Part shown: piece by piece, positions 43,986-57,887 of the stretch
How the letters are laid out: each line of letters begins with the position of its first letter
Numbering within the stretch: the first letter of the stretch is position 1
Notes under the pieces: model-generated
Databases searched by the model: none
Seen by the model: only the letters and a program-made list of their open reading frames with translations
Told to the model about the DNA's origin: nothing
NCBI GenBank assembly: GCA_964016885.1
Contig: OZ024745.1
Coordinates: 115,754,001-115,818,000, forward strand
DNA length: 64,000 nucleotides
From: Eledone cirrhosa
Taxonomy: Eukaryota
Direction: 5' to 3'
Position numbers and translations under genes: made by a program

Positions 43986-46164
43986 TTAATTTTCATGACC
44001 AAATAATGTAATACATCAACCCGAATTAATATAGTAAAGGATCTATATTGATATATAATTGGCATTGTTGTTTCACTAAATACGCAGAAAATAATTTGGG
44101 AAAACGATTTGTTAAACAAAAATAATTCAATAGTTTAAAGTAGTTTAATTTTATATTCTTTATCTATATATTAATTCTTTTGAATTGTGTTTAATCAGTT
44201 TTGTGTCTCTCAGTCGCTATTCTTTGTTAAGTCAACCCACGTTAATAATTATGATACTAATATTGTTTTTGTCAGATTAGATTAAATGATCAGCTAAAGT
44301 AATCATATAAATCGGCTTTTTTTAATACATATTCGCATCATCGATGACTACACTGGCAAGCTTACTCAAGGTTCTCATGCTAGATTGTGGAGAAGAAAAA
44401 CGATATCTACATGGACGGGTTAACACCACAAGGACTTAACAGCTAACTATAGAACCCACAAATGGAGTGATGTCACACTGAAGTTTTTCTCTCAAGCATT
44501 GCTGTCTCTCTCTCTTGACAACCAATGCGGGTTACATGTGATACATAGTCTTTTAGCTAAACAGATCGTAGTTTTAATTCCAAGTAATATTTTATATAAA
44601 AATCGGAATTTGTAAAGAATCATATTGATTAATTAACAAATAACATCCTGAAACTGCATTTCTTAAACAGTCTGTCATATTTTCAAGAAAACGGCAGAAT
44701 GTCCTTTCCGGGATGGTGAGTTGGATATAGTTTATTTTCAGCATATATTTCTTCTGGTTAAATCATGTAAAGAAACTAGGAGTTGAGTGAGTGGTTCAAT
44801 ACCCGAAAGAAGAGTTTGGAAGGTGTAGTTAGTTCGGATTTTAAGGATGTAACATAGTTGTATGTGTTTTATTGGTCAGCTAATTCGGAAGTGCAGATTC
44901 TAGTAAGTAAACTGTGAACAAGTTACAATTAATCTTAGAACGTCTTAAAATTTTGTATTTGTACACGGTACACTGAAATATTATATACGGATAGACATTA
45001 TAGTCTTATCAACACGACTAATCTAATGCCCATTAAACACATTTGTGGAACTTGTTATTTGTTGTTATTCAGACAGAGACTTTCATGACGTTTGACTAAA
45101 GGCATTAAGACCATGAACAATCCTTTTACATTTCTTTCTAGTAAGTTATCCTCGTAATAAATATATTTATAAATACTCTTGTTATGTCTTACGTGGTACA
45201 GCGTACGTGGTACAGCAATGACGATTTCGAAGACGTCATTCATTTGTCTGCTATACCCACGAAACCCCATAAAACACTGTAAATAATGTTATCGTACTTC
45301 TGTAGAATTTAGCACCAGCTTGATCTTTAATTAAAGCTAAATGGATATAAGTTCCAACTGTCTTATGTTATGATAAAATGCAGTCATGATCGAATACGAA
45401 GCATGAGCTCTAAGGCTGGTTGTTCGATGAATTAATATAACATTTTATGAATAATCTAAAGAGATTATTTGTAAACATAATTTCCCAAATGCTTCTGTGT
45501 TGCATGGATACATACATATCGTATACTTTAGTTTTGCTGTCTCTGCTTGAAAAACAAACTATTTTATAGTCACTAAAAGCCTTCATTATTCTGTTTTTAT
45601 TTGGTAATACATAACAGTGCATAGCATGTTTATCGTGAAAGTTTAAAGTAGCAAGGAGATAAATGGGATATAAAGACCATGTATCATAGAAGTGTTTTAT
45701 CTTTATGTCTCAGGTTAACACAGGCACCACGAGATCTAAGAGACGCTAAAATATTCTATGCTTCGTTGGTTTAATATGCTTATTAAATATGAGATAACGC
45801 TGTTATTACATATTATAAATCTTATATTATAGAGAATATATTATTACCAACATTCCCTCTAAGCTGTGTAATTGCTGTGTTGGTGTCTCGCGTCTTAAAA
45901 TACTTTCCAAAGTAGCTTTGAAATGTTGCCACGCATTAGTTTTGAATTTAACTCTTTTTTGCTGAAAGTTTTAATGTTTGTGATAAATTAAATTTGATTT
46001 GTTGCAGTTTGTTATTCTTTAACGAAATACCTCTTTTAATCTTAGAATGTGATTCTGTACATTGTGAATGGCATTTCAAGATGTGTGTATTATTACTAAA
46101 CCAACTTCAAGAAATAATATCCTGCTATTTATGTATTTATCTATTTATTTATTATTTATATCAA

Positions 46165-46340
46165 GAGCAGTGGATTGGCAATATCGGTTGATCGTCTGAC
46201 AACATGGTTTGCAGCACAGAGTTACATCCCTTTACGTTTGGAGTTCAAATTCCGCCGAGGTAAGATTTACCTTTCATTCTTACGGGGTCTATAAAATGCA
46301 ATATCAGTAATGCACTTGGGTCTATTTAATCGAAGTTTCC
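46165..46340 (+). mobile_element. Diverged SINE family 1
   Basis: GTGGATTGGCAATATCGG head, GAGTTCAAAT B box, core. Confidence 0.75.
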
Positions 46341-46440
46341 TTTCAAATTGATAATAGTAATGTCACCTTTTGTCCAATTTGGACGTTTAGTAATACAAAA
46401 TTTAAACAAAAACTTACTCCGCGAAATAGACAGCGTCCGA

Positions 46441-46504
46441 TCTTCTTCTTCTTCTTCTTCTTCTTCTTCTTCTTCTTCTTCTTCTTCTTCTTCTTCTTCT
46501 TCTT

Positions 46505-46544
<40 letters not shown>

Positions 46545-46584
46545 TGGGAGAGAGAGAGAGAGAGAGAGTGTGAGAGAGAGAGAG
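46441..46584. repeat. (TCT)n-(GA)n compound microsatellite
   Basis: Direct reading. Confidence 0.95.
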
Positions 46585-49029
46585 ATTTTGTTTCCTTGAG
46601 GCAGTAAAGAAAATGTTTCCAAATTCGATAAACACGATAACTGGAAAATATTTATTGTGAACCCTTGAGGAAAAGATATTGAAAACAATCTTTTAGTTCT
46701 TACTTCGTATGAATGTCATCGCCTCCTGTATAAACAATCTATGACTTATTTTGGCAGGATTTGTAGCAGTTTCAGAATTTGTTGTTCTGAATTTGAATAC
46801 AATAACATCTTGCTTCGCATCCATCAACAAATGTTTACTGATCTAACAATAAAGATTTCCATTTTCTATAATAGAACATATTTTCATGTCATTAATAATG
46901 GATTAATAAAAAACATGTTTAGATTTTATACGTTACATTATTAGACCATTTCGATAGAAAGCTTAATTAACATCCGGAGATTAAATGAGTTCAATGACTT
47001 GGAATCAGCAAATACTGTAAACTTTGATTTTTTTTCACTACAGTTTGTATACACATCATTCTAGTTTTTACATTGGAATCATATCAGGATCAATTTGGAA
47101 TCTAATACCATATATACCATAATGCAAATAGCAAAACTATTATGAAATAAATTGCACTGTGCTTTTCTGCTTAAGAATTGCTCTTATATATGGTCAAATA
47201 ATAGGAATACGACAACTACATTTTTACACAAGAACTAAGTGAACGTTGTTTAATGTACGTAAATGATATATGGGTAATTTTCCCTCGTTTAGAGTAATAT
47301 TTGTCAGGTCACTCTTGAGTGCGACTGGTAGCATGTAAACCAGTACAACCTGTCGCATGGTCGGGTCGTCGGCGACTAAACCGGCAACCCCACCAAGTTT
47401 ACTTGGAAACTGATCACTGATCTCTGATCTCATTCCGGCGAACGACAACAACCCTAGACCAACTCATATGCTAGAAAGAAGAAGAACATTATAAATACAA
47501 CTGTCTTGAAAAAGGAAACATTGGACGCTGTGGTCGCTGATATATAAATAGGTGGTCATATATTTGACCATATGTTTACTATTGGAGGGTTGACCTGGGC
47601 ATTTCAATTTTCATGTTTATGACATTATGAATATTCTGATTATTTATATTTTAAATATTTTTCAGAGTTATTTGGCAGAATCATTGACTGCTGTATTACA
47701 CGCATCAGGATGTAGACCACGAGTGAAATCAACTTTTGCCACGGTGGTCTTCACCAATCATCCCCTGCAGCGCCTATAAAATAAGAACTTTAACATGGAT
47801 TCAATTCGTTAAACTTAGATAATTAAATACATATCCCATCGACATAATATCGACTTCCAACAATATATTTGTGATTTTTTGAGAGATTAACTATATTGAT
47901 AACGTATCACGTGTGGAAATAAAAATATTTTCATTGATTTTCATTGAAATATTTGTGAGAAAATGCACGTTCTACATCTTAAAAAAAAACCTTTGTAAGT
48001 CATTTTATACAATCAGCAAAGTTTAGTTAAATAGATACGACATCTAATTCCTATCCAGAATAGTTGATTGTTGAAGATTTGTAAGTCGGTTTTGCTATCC
48101 ATTTTATTTTCAATGTTATAGATTGAATCAACAATGAAAACTGTTTTGGTCTCTCGAAATGCTGTTCATTCATTTGGGTACGTTCATGCTGTAAATGAAT
48201 TATTATAAAACATGAAATTGTAGAATATAGCTAATACTAGTTAATATTCAGAGAACATGAGAACACCATATTTCTACATATTCGAGGTGCTTCAAATGAG
48301 AAAGAATATGATGTCATTTCAAACTACTTCTATCACATAGATCTTAAAGTGACAGCAGGCTATTTTACATGTTGTAAAATACACATATCACTTATGATCG
48401 GAACAGTATTTGTTAATCATACACTGATAGTTATCGAAACGTTGAATATATAAGACTATAACATAAACTGTCGTTCGTATGGAAGATATTTTTGGTGAAT
48501 GTCATTCAACAGATAAATACAAAACACCATTAACTAACTGTATTAATACTTATATAGTTACAATGTACAGTTGATATTAAGTAATAGATATATAATAACG
48601 ACATTATCGTTTTTGCGGTATAATTGAAACAATTATAAACCAATATATAAATCAATCTAAAAACGCATTTTTGGCAAATGTTTTCTTTAGACATGATTTA
48701 AACACTTTAGTGACAGGGTAATATATAGAAAGTCTGTACAGCTTAAGTGAAATGAATATTTAACTTAATTTTAGAAACATTATTGTTTGAGAATTGTGAC
48801 AGTTTACAATCAGATTCGTTTTGAAATATATCAAGACTTAGCAACTCGAGTTTATAACTTTTTAATCAATGGTTATGAATTCATGAATCTCTATCATAAA
48901 TGTTATCACAAATAGCTGGTAACTGTCGTATTTTGTTCTAGATACGATGATGTATTCAATGCTTTAGTTATTACTAGAATTTGTTTCAACGCACTGACGC
49001 GAGTATGAGTATATTATTATAGACGTGCT

Positions 49030-49405
49030 ATGAGTTCAAATCCCAACGAGGTTGACTTTGCCTTCCATCCTTACGGGCTCGATAAAATAAAGTACCAGTC
49101 ACGTACTGGGGTCGATTTAATCGACTTTCCCCTCCCTCATAATTGATGGCCTTGTGCCTATATAAGAAAGCATTATTATAGACGCGCTTGATTGGAAGTA
49201 TCGGTAGAGGGTCGGACGCTATGCTTTGCAGCATAGAGTTACGCCCCTTTATGATCTAAGTTTAAATCCCACCGAGGTTAGCTTTGCTTTTCATCCTTAC
49301 AGGGTCGATAAAATAAAGTACCAGTAATGCACTGGGGTCGATTTAATCTACTTTCCCCTCCTCCAAAATTGCTGGACTTGTGCCTATAATAGAAATCATT
49401 ATTAT
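49030..49405 (+). mobile_element. Two tandem SINE family 1 copies
   Basis: Truncated copy about 49030-49180 and full copy about 49185-49405, each ending CATTATTATAG. Confidence 0.85.
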
Positions 49406-49499
49406 AGGTGCGCAAACACGGACACACAAAAATAAGTCGCTTACATTTATATTTAGATTGTACATACAAGTGCAGTGAATGTTGGACGCTGTTTTCTGT

Positions 49500-49668
49500 A
49501 GTATGTCATCACTCCTTCCTTCTTCAGCCATCTCTGGTGCGTGACGTCATCACACCTTCCCTCCCCAATCATTCCTAGTGTATGACAACATCTCCCCTTC
49601 CATCATCAGTCATATCGAGTGTGTGACAGACCGACGGACGGAAGTTGATCGAAATTATATACAGATAT
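49500..49668 (-). repeat. Dispersed repeat with ~40-bp internal units, Helitron-like 5' end
   Basis: Reverse complement resembles 32155-32290 (CGTCCGTCTGTCACAC..GAAGGAAGGGGTGATGACGTCAC x3). Confidence 0.55.
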
Positions 49669-50334
49669 ATATGTTGTTGGTTTTTGTTAATCCTTTCTAT
49701 TTTTCTGATAATAGATTTGTTTCTGCTTTGGGCGATCCTGTATTAAGTTTGTTCACATATATTGTTTAGGTATGTTTTGCACATATGTTTGTAACAGCGT
49801 TTACAAATATCTGCCAATATATTTTGATGGTGGATGTGTGTGTGTATTGTGTGTATGTGTGTGTGTGCGAAAAACCAACAGGCATGTGATAGATCATTAG
49901 GGATTGGATCCCAGTTTGCATTATCAAATAGGTGGGCTGGAGAGAGGTCATTGGCTTTAAATTTCTGCTGATGGGAATCTCAGGTTACAGAAAAGCATGG
50001 TCTGAGAGAAGGAGTTGTTTTAACTGTAATATTGAGTATAGTTTTATTATGGTTGTTAAACTCTAGGTCCAAAATGTTTTTCTGATATCGTGTTGGTGCA
50101 AGAACAATTTGATACAGGAACAACTTATGCATAAAGTCTGCTGCTGTAACAAATCTTAGTTTTTTGCCTATGTATGTGTTCGTCTTTGCGAAATGTATTT
50201 AACAATGTATAATATAAATATAAAACGCTTGGTGAATTGGAAGAATTAGTACACCGTAGGATAAGATGCTATTGTATCCGATATGGTTCTTTAGATTCTG
50301 AGTTCAAATCCTAACTTATTTTTCAGTGACTTCT

Positions 50335-50733
50335 CAATCAGCCGACGCAAACCTACATTTGGCGCAATTTTTAACATTCTCATGACCTCTACCGACCAAT
50401 CAAAATTGTTTTGACCACAAGAATTTTTGCAACACAAATTGGCGCAAAACTTATTTTAATACATCTGGAGCCACTTTCTTCACATAAAAACAGGTAGAAT
50501 TTCCAAAACTAATCAGATTAGAGCAAACATCACTGGCGCTCTATCTCAAAATTATTTTTGAAAAGCATTAGAAATGCGCAACCGGTAAAACTTAAAACCA
50601 AAACTGAATACTAACCAATACTATTACTAATTTTCACTTATTCCTAATTAAACTATTTTTCACTGTGAACAATTTGTCAGCATTTTCTTTTCCGTTTATA
50701 TATCATAACTCGTGTGTTACACCTCTATTCTTT

Positions 50734-50735
<2 letters not shown>
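50335..50735 (+). mobile_element. Diverged family D PLE-terminus element
   Basis: TTTGAAAA-GCATT AG AAATGC-GCAACCGGTA motif; tail CTCGTGT..ACACCTC shared with 56855-56878 (reverse complement). Confidence 0.55.
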
Positions 50736-51099
<364 letters not shown>

Positions 51100-51589
51100 A
51101 TCTTTAACCAAAGTGAAATTCAAATCTACAGACTTTTAATGCAGAGTCTGACAAAATATATTCAACGATTCAGCTCTCCTAAAATCTGATGTTCTTTTAT
51201 GAAGATTCAATCACCGCTATTATATCTGCCTGAAAAATACATCTATCACTACAACCATGTCAAACAATATAAAATTGAGTAGAGAATATAATTTCATGAA
51301 GTTACACCTAGGAGAATTTAAAGAAATACATTTTGCAATTTACTTGTAAACATTAATCATTCTTAAGTAATATTCCACTGTCAAATACATCACGCAAGCT
51401 GAATGTTAGATAGAGAGTTTTCCCTCCTGCGATATCTGAGAAATAATTACGAAATGTATTTTGCTATCTGAAAAGGTAAACAAATGCAATTGGTAATACC
51501 ATAATACAATTTATACCTTCTCTATACATCTATTCTCCTCAGCTAATATGACATTAAAATGATACATGTGAGACCAGATAACTAACTAA

Positions 51590-52075
51590 TCAATGTATCG
51601 GCGTAGCTTATCTCTAAAAATCAAGGAGCGCCTCTGCTTAGCAACTGTTGAGTCAGTCCTGTTTTATGGCAGTGAAACGTGGACTATTGACAAAGTGCTA
51701 TACAAGAGATAAGACGGATGTTACACGAGGATGTTGAGAATGGCTCTCAACATTTATTGGAAACAGAAGCTGATAAATAAGGAACTATACAGATCACTAC
51801 CATCAGTCTAAAAAAAAGTTGCCTGCAGACGAATGAAACTGGTTGAGCACAGCATCCGTCATCCAAAAGAGATAGCATCACAACTTGTGCTCTGGAAACT
51901 GACGGTCGGTCGAAGAAGCGTGGGAAGACAGGCCGTCTCATTCAATGATAATCTGCTGAGAGATGCCAACATTGATAACATCGATGAACTGAGAAATGTC
52001 ATGCTAGACCGAGACGATTAGAGAAAGCGTGCTGAATCTTTGCGAGTGTAAGCTCGGCTGAAGAAGAAGAAGAAG
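51590..52075 (+). mobile_element. RTE-clade LINE 3' fragment
   Basis: LATVESVLFYGSETWT..DGCYTRMLRMALNI..GRRSVGRQ; (GAA)n tail. Confidence 0.85.
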
Positions 52076-52854
52076 GTATCTCTAATGAATTTCTTCCAAA
52101 TGCCAATGTTAAAAATAACAACTAAATCTACAAACAATGTTAAAAGTGTCAAATGCTGCTTAAACGTGTTGTATATAGATAATAAAAGCATATAAAAAGT
52201 CTAATATACTACACTCCGCCTCCATTTGTAGGTGTACATCTTTATAATAAAATTAAGAGAAACCAATATTTTAGTTTAATCAAATTAAAGTATATAATAA
52301 AATGTTACTTGTTGACCAGGTGTATGAAAATCTGATGAAAGACGTTGCTGTCATGATGATTAACATTTATGTGAGGTCCTATTATTCAATGTGTCTTTCC
52401 CTTTTAAGACAAAGAGTGTAATTTCTAGAAATTTGTTTGGTAATTCTAACAAATTGATTTCTGGGTAAACGTTACCTCCCTTGTCAGAATACAACAAGCT
52501 AAGTACATCATTTGAGGCGTAAGAAGTTCTAAACGCATTAACAACTCTAGAATTGCATCATTAACTCCATTATTTCGCTGTGCCTTACACAATAAGACAT
52601 TAAGGATGATAAACTATACCCATTGAACCACCCACACCAATACATTGGATATTCTGAATATAAGGACTAAATTCCATAGAAAGCCTCCTTTCATTTACCT
52701 ATGACTTCACAGTCTTTTACTAACATTCAACAACTACTTTAAGTGATTCATGTGTCTATTTTAAAATATTGAAGGTGTTTCTGAACTATTACAATATGAA
52801 TTGTTGATAAATCAATTTATCGCTGTATGATAGATTATTGTTGTCACTATATGT

Positions 52855-53168
52855 GAAGTCATATGGCTTAGTGACTAGAGCATCGGATTCACAATCGTGA
52901 GGGTGTGAGTTCGGATCCTCGATCGGGTGATGCGTGGTGTTCTTGAGCAAGATATTTATTTCACGTTGCTCCAGTTTACTCAGGTGTAAAAATGAATTGC
53001 GATGTCACTGGGAATAAAGTTGTATCAGCTTTTGATCAGTGACATGTAGAGGGGAAACCAGACTGCTAGTTTTCCACAAAAACACCTTGCTCGGAGTTGC
53101 GTCTCGGAAGGCAAACCTTTTAGGTTCAAATTCCTTGTTCATTCTTCACCGAAGAGGTTCTTTACCTT
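52855..53168 (+). mobile_element. SINE family 2
   Basis: Co-linear with 6557-6905. Confidence 0.8.
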
Positions 53169-53965
53169 GATATTGTTTAACCCCAGATGAGCGCAAATCA
53201 ATCAGTATGCTAATATAAATGTTATAATAAATTATTCAGGCGTTGAATTATCAGAATCGTTAGGACATCGAACAACATATCACATGGTATTTGTTCCAAA
53301 TCTCTGCCATTTTATTTTAAATTTTATCGAGTTAGACTTTGCATTTTATCCTTTGGGGGTCGATAAAATAATGCACCTGTTCTTGGCAGTTGATTGGCGG
53401 AATTATAAGTGTATCGGACGTAATGCTCTATGGTTCTAGCACTTTCCAATTCCCGTTTAAACTCCGGTTAAGAATACAAATCACATATGTGGCCACGATT
53501 AACCACCCGATCCTGTGACCCCAATTGATTATGAAAGCTGAAATGGCTGGAGAAGGATACTAGCCGTTTGCTACTGTAGCAGAACGGTAGTGATGATCGT
53601 GATGATGATCATAATAAATAAATAAATAAATAAAATGTTAGCCTTATTTATGAGAAATTCCAGAATTTGAAGAAACTTGCAGCATTCTCCGTCGGCAACA
53701 ATAAATTAATACAATTTAATGTTTTTTATATGTTTATGTTAATCATATTTCCAGTATAATAGAAATATATTGCTGAGATTTTAATTTCGATGTTCTTTTT
53801 TATATAGAAATAATAAAACAAAACTAAAAATAAAATTAAAAACAAGTTGAAAGAAATTGAAATGAAAGAGAGAGATTGATTGATAGATAGGGAGATTTAT
53901 ATATATATATAATATATATATATATATATGTATATATATGTATAAAAAAGGAAAAAAAAAACATA

Positions 53966-53996
<31 letters not shown>

Positions 53997-54096
53997 AAAA
54001 AGGAAAAAAAAAATATAATATATATATATATATGTATATATATAAAAAAGGAAAAACAAATATTTTTCTTCCTCATAATCGTCTCTTTCTCCCTGT

Positions 54097-54172
<76 letters not shown>

Positions 54173-54177
54173 GTGTA

Positions 54178-54522
54178 TGTCTAATGGTAGGTAAGATGCT
54201 TCCATAGGCAGTATGCCGGTTGAGCACTCTATGCTCCTACGGAGCAGTATGATAGAATTGAAAAGGAAAAATCAGTGATGCATCGGAACTCAATTTATTG
54301 TGTGTTACAATTGTTTCCCCGGCGAACAGCTCGAGGTGCGATTTGTGTGTGGATCTAGAAAGAGGATATGCTCCGAAATCAGTAGACGTGTCCGGGGAAC
54401 CTGTGAATCCAGAGTCAAGTCGATTCACACACAGATCGCACCTCGAGCTGTTCGCCGGGGAAACAATTGTAACACAATAAATTAAGTTCTGATGCATCAC
54501 TGATTTTTCGTTTTAAATTCTC
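54178..54522 (-). mobile_element. Family E fold-back element in (TA)n
   Basis: ~92-bp inverted arms 54263-54354 / 54422-54515; plus-strand HHR-like GTGT-CCGGGGA-[long stem II]-GAAAC-AATT-GTA-ACAC at 54388-54475. Confidence 0.75.
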
Positions 54523-54529
54523 GCTATAC

Positions 54530-54596
<67 letters not shown>

Positions 54597-54597
<1 letters not shown>

Positions 54598-54798
54598 GAA
54601 ACGATCGGCTTTCGTCAAATCGGACGAGGAAACAATGTTTCCGTTGGTCTTTCCAATTGCTAATACTATCTATCGTTCGCAAATCCAGGTAGAAGGAGCA
54701 ACGTGAAATAAAGTGTCTTTCTCAAGGACATAACGCATCGCCTGGTCCAGAAATCGAACTCACAACCTCAAGATTGTGAATACAATTCTCTAACCACT
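54597..54798 (-). mobile_element. SINE family 2 variant (alternative tail)
   Basis: Reverse complement of the 10825-11015 type. Confidence 0.75.
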
Positions 54799-55391
54799 CA
54801 GACCCCGACGGCAGAGCTCAAGCCGTTTCGATAGCTATTTCTGAACTAAATTAAATTTTAGCATGGTGTTGATATAGCCGATCTCTACAAGGGGTAATTC
54901 CATATATGGGTATGCGATAATCAGGCATTTCTGAAGGTTGTAGTTATCAAAAGGAGTGGTCGAAGTTAAATCTCTCATGGCGGCGGGTGGCTGAACTTGC
55001 ATGTAGAACAAAGAGAGAGTGGGTGAAGCCGGTGAAGCGTTAAGACTGAATTCTAAACAGCTATTTCTAAAGTGCGTGTATAAAGTAGGCTAGCTAAAAT
55101 GCATAGCGAAAATAGAATTATACATGAATCTGAAAGATGGGAAATTTTAAAATTAAAGAATTGAGTCTAAAACAGGAACACCGGAATTAATAAAATACAT
55201 CTAATTCAGTACCCCGGGGCTTCGTCTCATAGCGGTAAATTATCAAAAACGATGCAGCCCTCTAAAAAAGGAAACAACTACTATATCAACACCACGCTAA
55301 AAATTTAATTCAGTCCAGAAATAGCTGCCGAAACGGCTTGCGCTCTGGCGTCGGGGTCTGACTCTTTTCCTATTACCCACTCTACTACCCA
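54799..55391 (+). mobile_element. Longest family C copy (inverted arms with ~400-bp spacer)
   Basis: Arms about 54799-54878 and 55281-55361, followed by the family tail CCTATTACCCACTCTACTACCC. Confidence 0.7.
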
Positions 55392-55947
55392 ACATATCAC
55401 AGCTATACACACACAAATACCCCATACACAACAACAGATACAATTCTTTGAACGTAGTTCTATGAATATTCTTCAACGGGAATGAACAGGAAAGAAAAAG
55501 AAGATATTTGGCCGCCAACAATAAAGACACCCACGTAAAGCTCTCTACTAAAATCACCTCTACCTATTTACGTCTTTAGCCGTGGTGACAGCATGTTCGC
55601 CATGACAGGACAGACACATTAGATTCTACTACACGTCTAATGTGCCTATGAACTCTACTCTTGTTTATGCATTCATTAATTCTTTCTCATCAGAGTATCT
55701 TTTTAGTACCATATATTTTTCTTTTAATCATACGGTTATTTATTTTGTGGCAGGAATTTCCTGAAAGACATCTAAGGCAATGATCTCCTGACTTCAATTG
55801 TCTGTGACTGCACACATGTATTGGCATTTTTATTTAAAGTTGTTTTAGTTTATTCTCATTAAATGGTATACGAATAAGAAGCTAAAATTTTGTAATGTCA
55901 TGCGTTTGTCTTGCCAAAGAATATCACCAACACACACACACACACAC

Positions 55948-55989
<42 letters not shown>

Positions 55990-56361
55990 ATGATTAATAT
56001 GGATAAGCGATATAATAGAGTTTTATTCCATGCATTAACATATGTTTCCGAAAAACCTAAGTAAACAACTTGTTGAGCCGACTAGCATTGAACTCTGAAA
56101 TATTTCTCCGTACAGATTAGTCGTAACCTGTGCTTAGGTAACCTTAAACGATATATACGGTACGGCCGAACCCATATATTATGTCTGATAGTATACAGTT
56201 CTCTAACTGCTACGGATCAGTCAATATATCAATATGATTAAACCTCCAAAACGATCGTAAAAGTAATGAATGAAATATGTAAAATAACTTGCCTTTGTTA
56301 TTAAGGGTGAAAGCAGCGATTCTTTCTTTGATTAAACTTTAATCTGTTATTTTAATAAATA

Positions 56362-56815
56362 CTAGCAGAATGGCCCGGCGTTGCTCGGGATTCTAAACAT
56401 AGATTGGCATGTTTATCCCTCCTTTCTGAAACAGTACAGAGAAGTACGGAATACCTCGCCCTTGCGACCGTCGAATAGCAGATTCCACTGACAATTCGTT
56501 TGTCCGCCTTGTTCTCTTTCTTGCCGCTTTCGCAGTATTTCAGCCAATGGAGTGTCTCTTAGTTCGATGGATGACCTAAAAGCAGGTCGAAGTACATTAA
56601 GAATAACTGTTAGAGTAAGGAGTAAACTCGTCAGTGATGCATGTGATTTCCGAACCGTTGACTATGTAATTGCTAGTAGTGGGACTTTTTGGGTGGCATA
56701 TCGGCAGTAACAATGACGATAAGCCGTTTGTGCTTTCGTGAAAGAAATGCTTTTGTTTATATTTTGTTTTTGTGTATGCAAAATATCTGTACACGAATAT
56801 ATAATTATATATATA
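56362..56815 (-). mobile_element. Helitron-like family H1 3' portion
   Basis: CTAGCAGAATGGCCCGGCGTTGCTCGGGAT identical to 8885; shared internal blocks. Confidence 0.75.
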
Positions 56816-56821
56816 TATATA

Positions 56822-57171
56822 TTAGAAAGTGAGTTTTTTTTACAAAATGAAAAATAACCGAGGTGTCCTACACGAGTGAAAGTATAAAGAAAAAAAGATG
56901 AAATTGAAAATGCTACTGGAGTCTTATTTAAAAAAAAAAAAAAATTTTTTTATTGGTTCCTTTACCGGTTTCGCAGTTCTTCTGCTTTTCAAAAGTAGAG
57001 TTGTGATGGAGAGTCTGTGGTTTTTGTGAGAAAAACCACAGACCCTCCATCTCAACTCTACTTTTGAAACGCAGAAGAACTACGAAACCGGTAAAAGAAC
57101 CAAATAAAAATATATATATTTTTTAAAAATAAGACTCCAGTTGCATTTTCGATTCCATCTTTTTTTCTTTA

Positions 57172-57173
<2 letters not shown>
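56822..57173 (-). mobile_element. Family D fold-back element in (TA)n
   Basis: ~145-bp arms 56883-57025 / 57030-57173, each with a TTGAAA(A/C)..GAAACCGGTA HHR-like motif. Confidence 0.8.
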
Positions 57174-57241
<68 letters not shown>

Positions 57242-57402
57242 TATATATATATATATATTAAAATAACAGATTAAAGTCTAAGCAAAGATCTTCTGAAACT
57301 AAAAAAATCCATCATGATCGGCATATAATAACAGACAAATACGGTTCACAATACTTCAGTAGAGTTTATGAACATAATGTAGGAATTAATTCTACATGAT
57401 TA

Positions 57403-57538
57403 GAACTGATTCATTCATATGGAATGAGATTCCATATGAATGGAACAGTTATGTTGCTATATATATATAATATATATATAGGAATATAACTGTTCCATTC
57501 ATATGGAATCAAATGATTCCATATGAATTAATCAGTTC
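57403..57538. repeat. Inverted repeat centred on (TA)n with nested ATTCATATGGAAT palindromes
   Basis: Direct reading of the arms. Confidence 0.8.
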
Positions 57539-57563
57539 CAAACCGCATTACACTCCCTGGATA

Positions 57564-57639
<76 letters not shown>

Positions 57640-57840
57640 TTAGTTATACTATTTATGGTTATGTAAACACAAAACCTTAAGCAGTTGTAAGTATTTTACA
57701 CACACCCTAAATAGTGGTAGGCAGTAATGTATTACTACCTTATTACCAGTAAGTTAAGTAGCTCAATGTAAAAACATCAGATGATTTACAGAGCAGTTAT
57801 ATGAAATATAAGAATCAAAGAACTGTTCAAAACATTATTG

Positions 57841-57887
57841 TGCTTACAGCTGTTTCCTCCAAACCGAGGTTTGGATTCTTCGGAGCA
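57841..57887 (-). ncRNA. Hammerhead ribozyme (CCGA core variant) in the 3' pLTR
   Basis: TGCT-CCGAAGA-A-TCCAAACC TC GGTTTGGA-G-GAAAC-AGCT-GTA-AGCA on the ORF strand. Confidence 0.8.
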
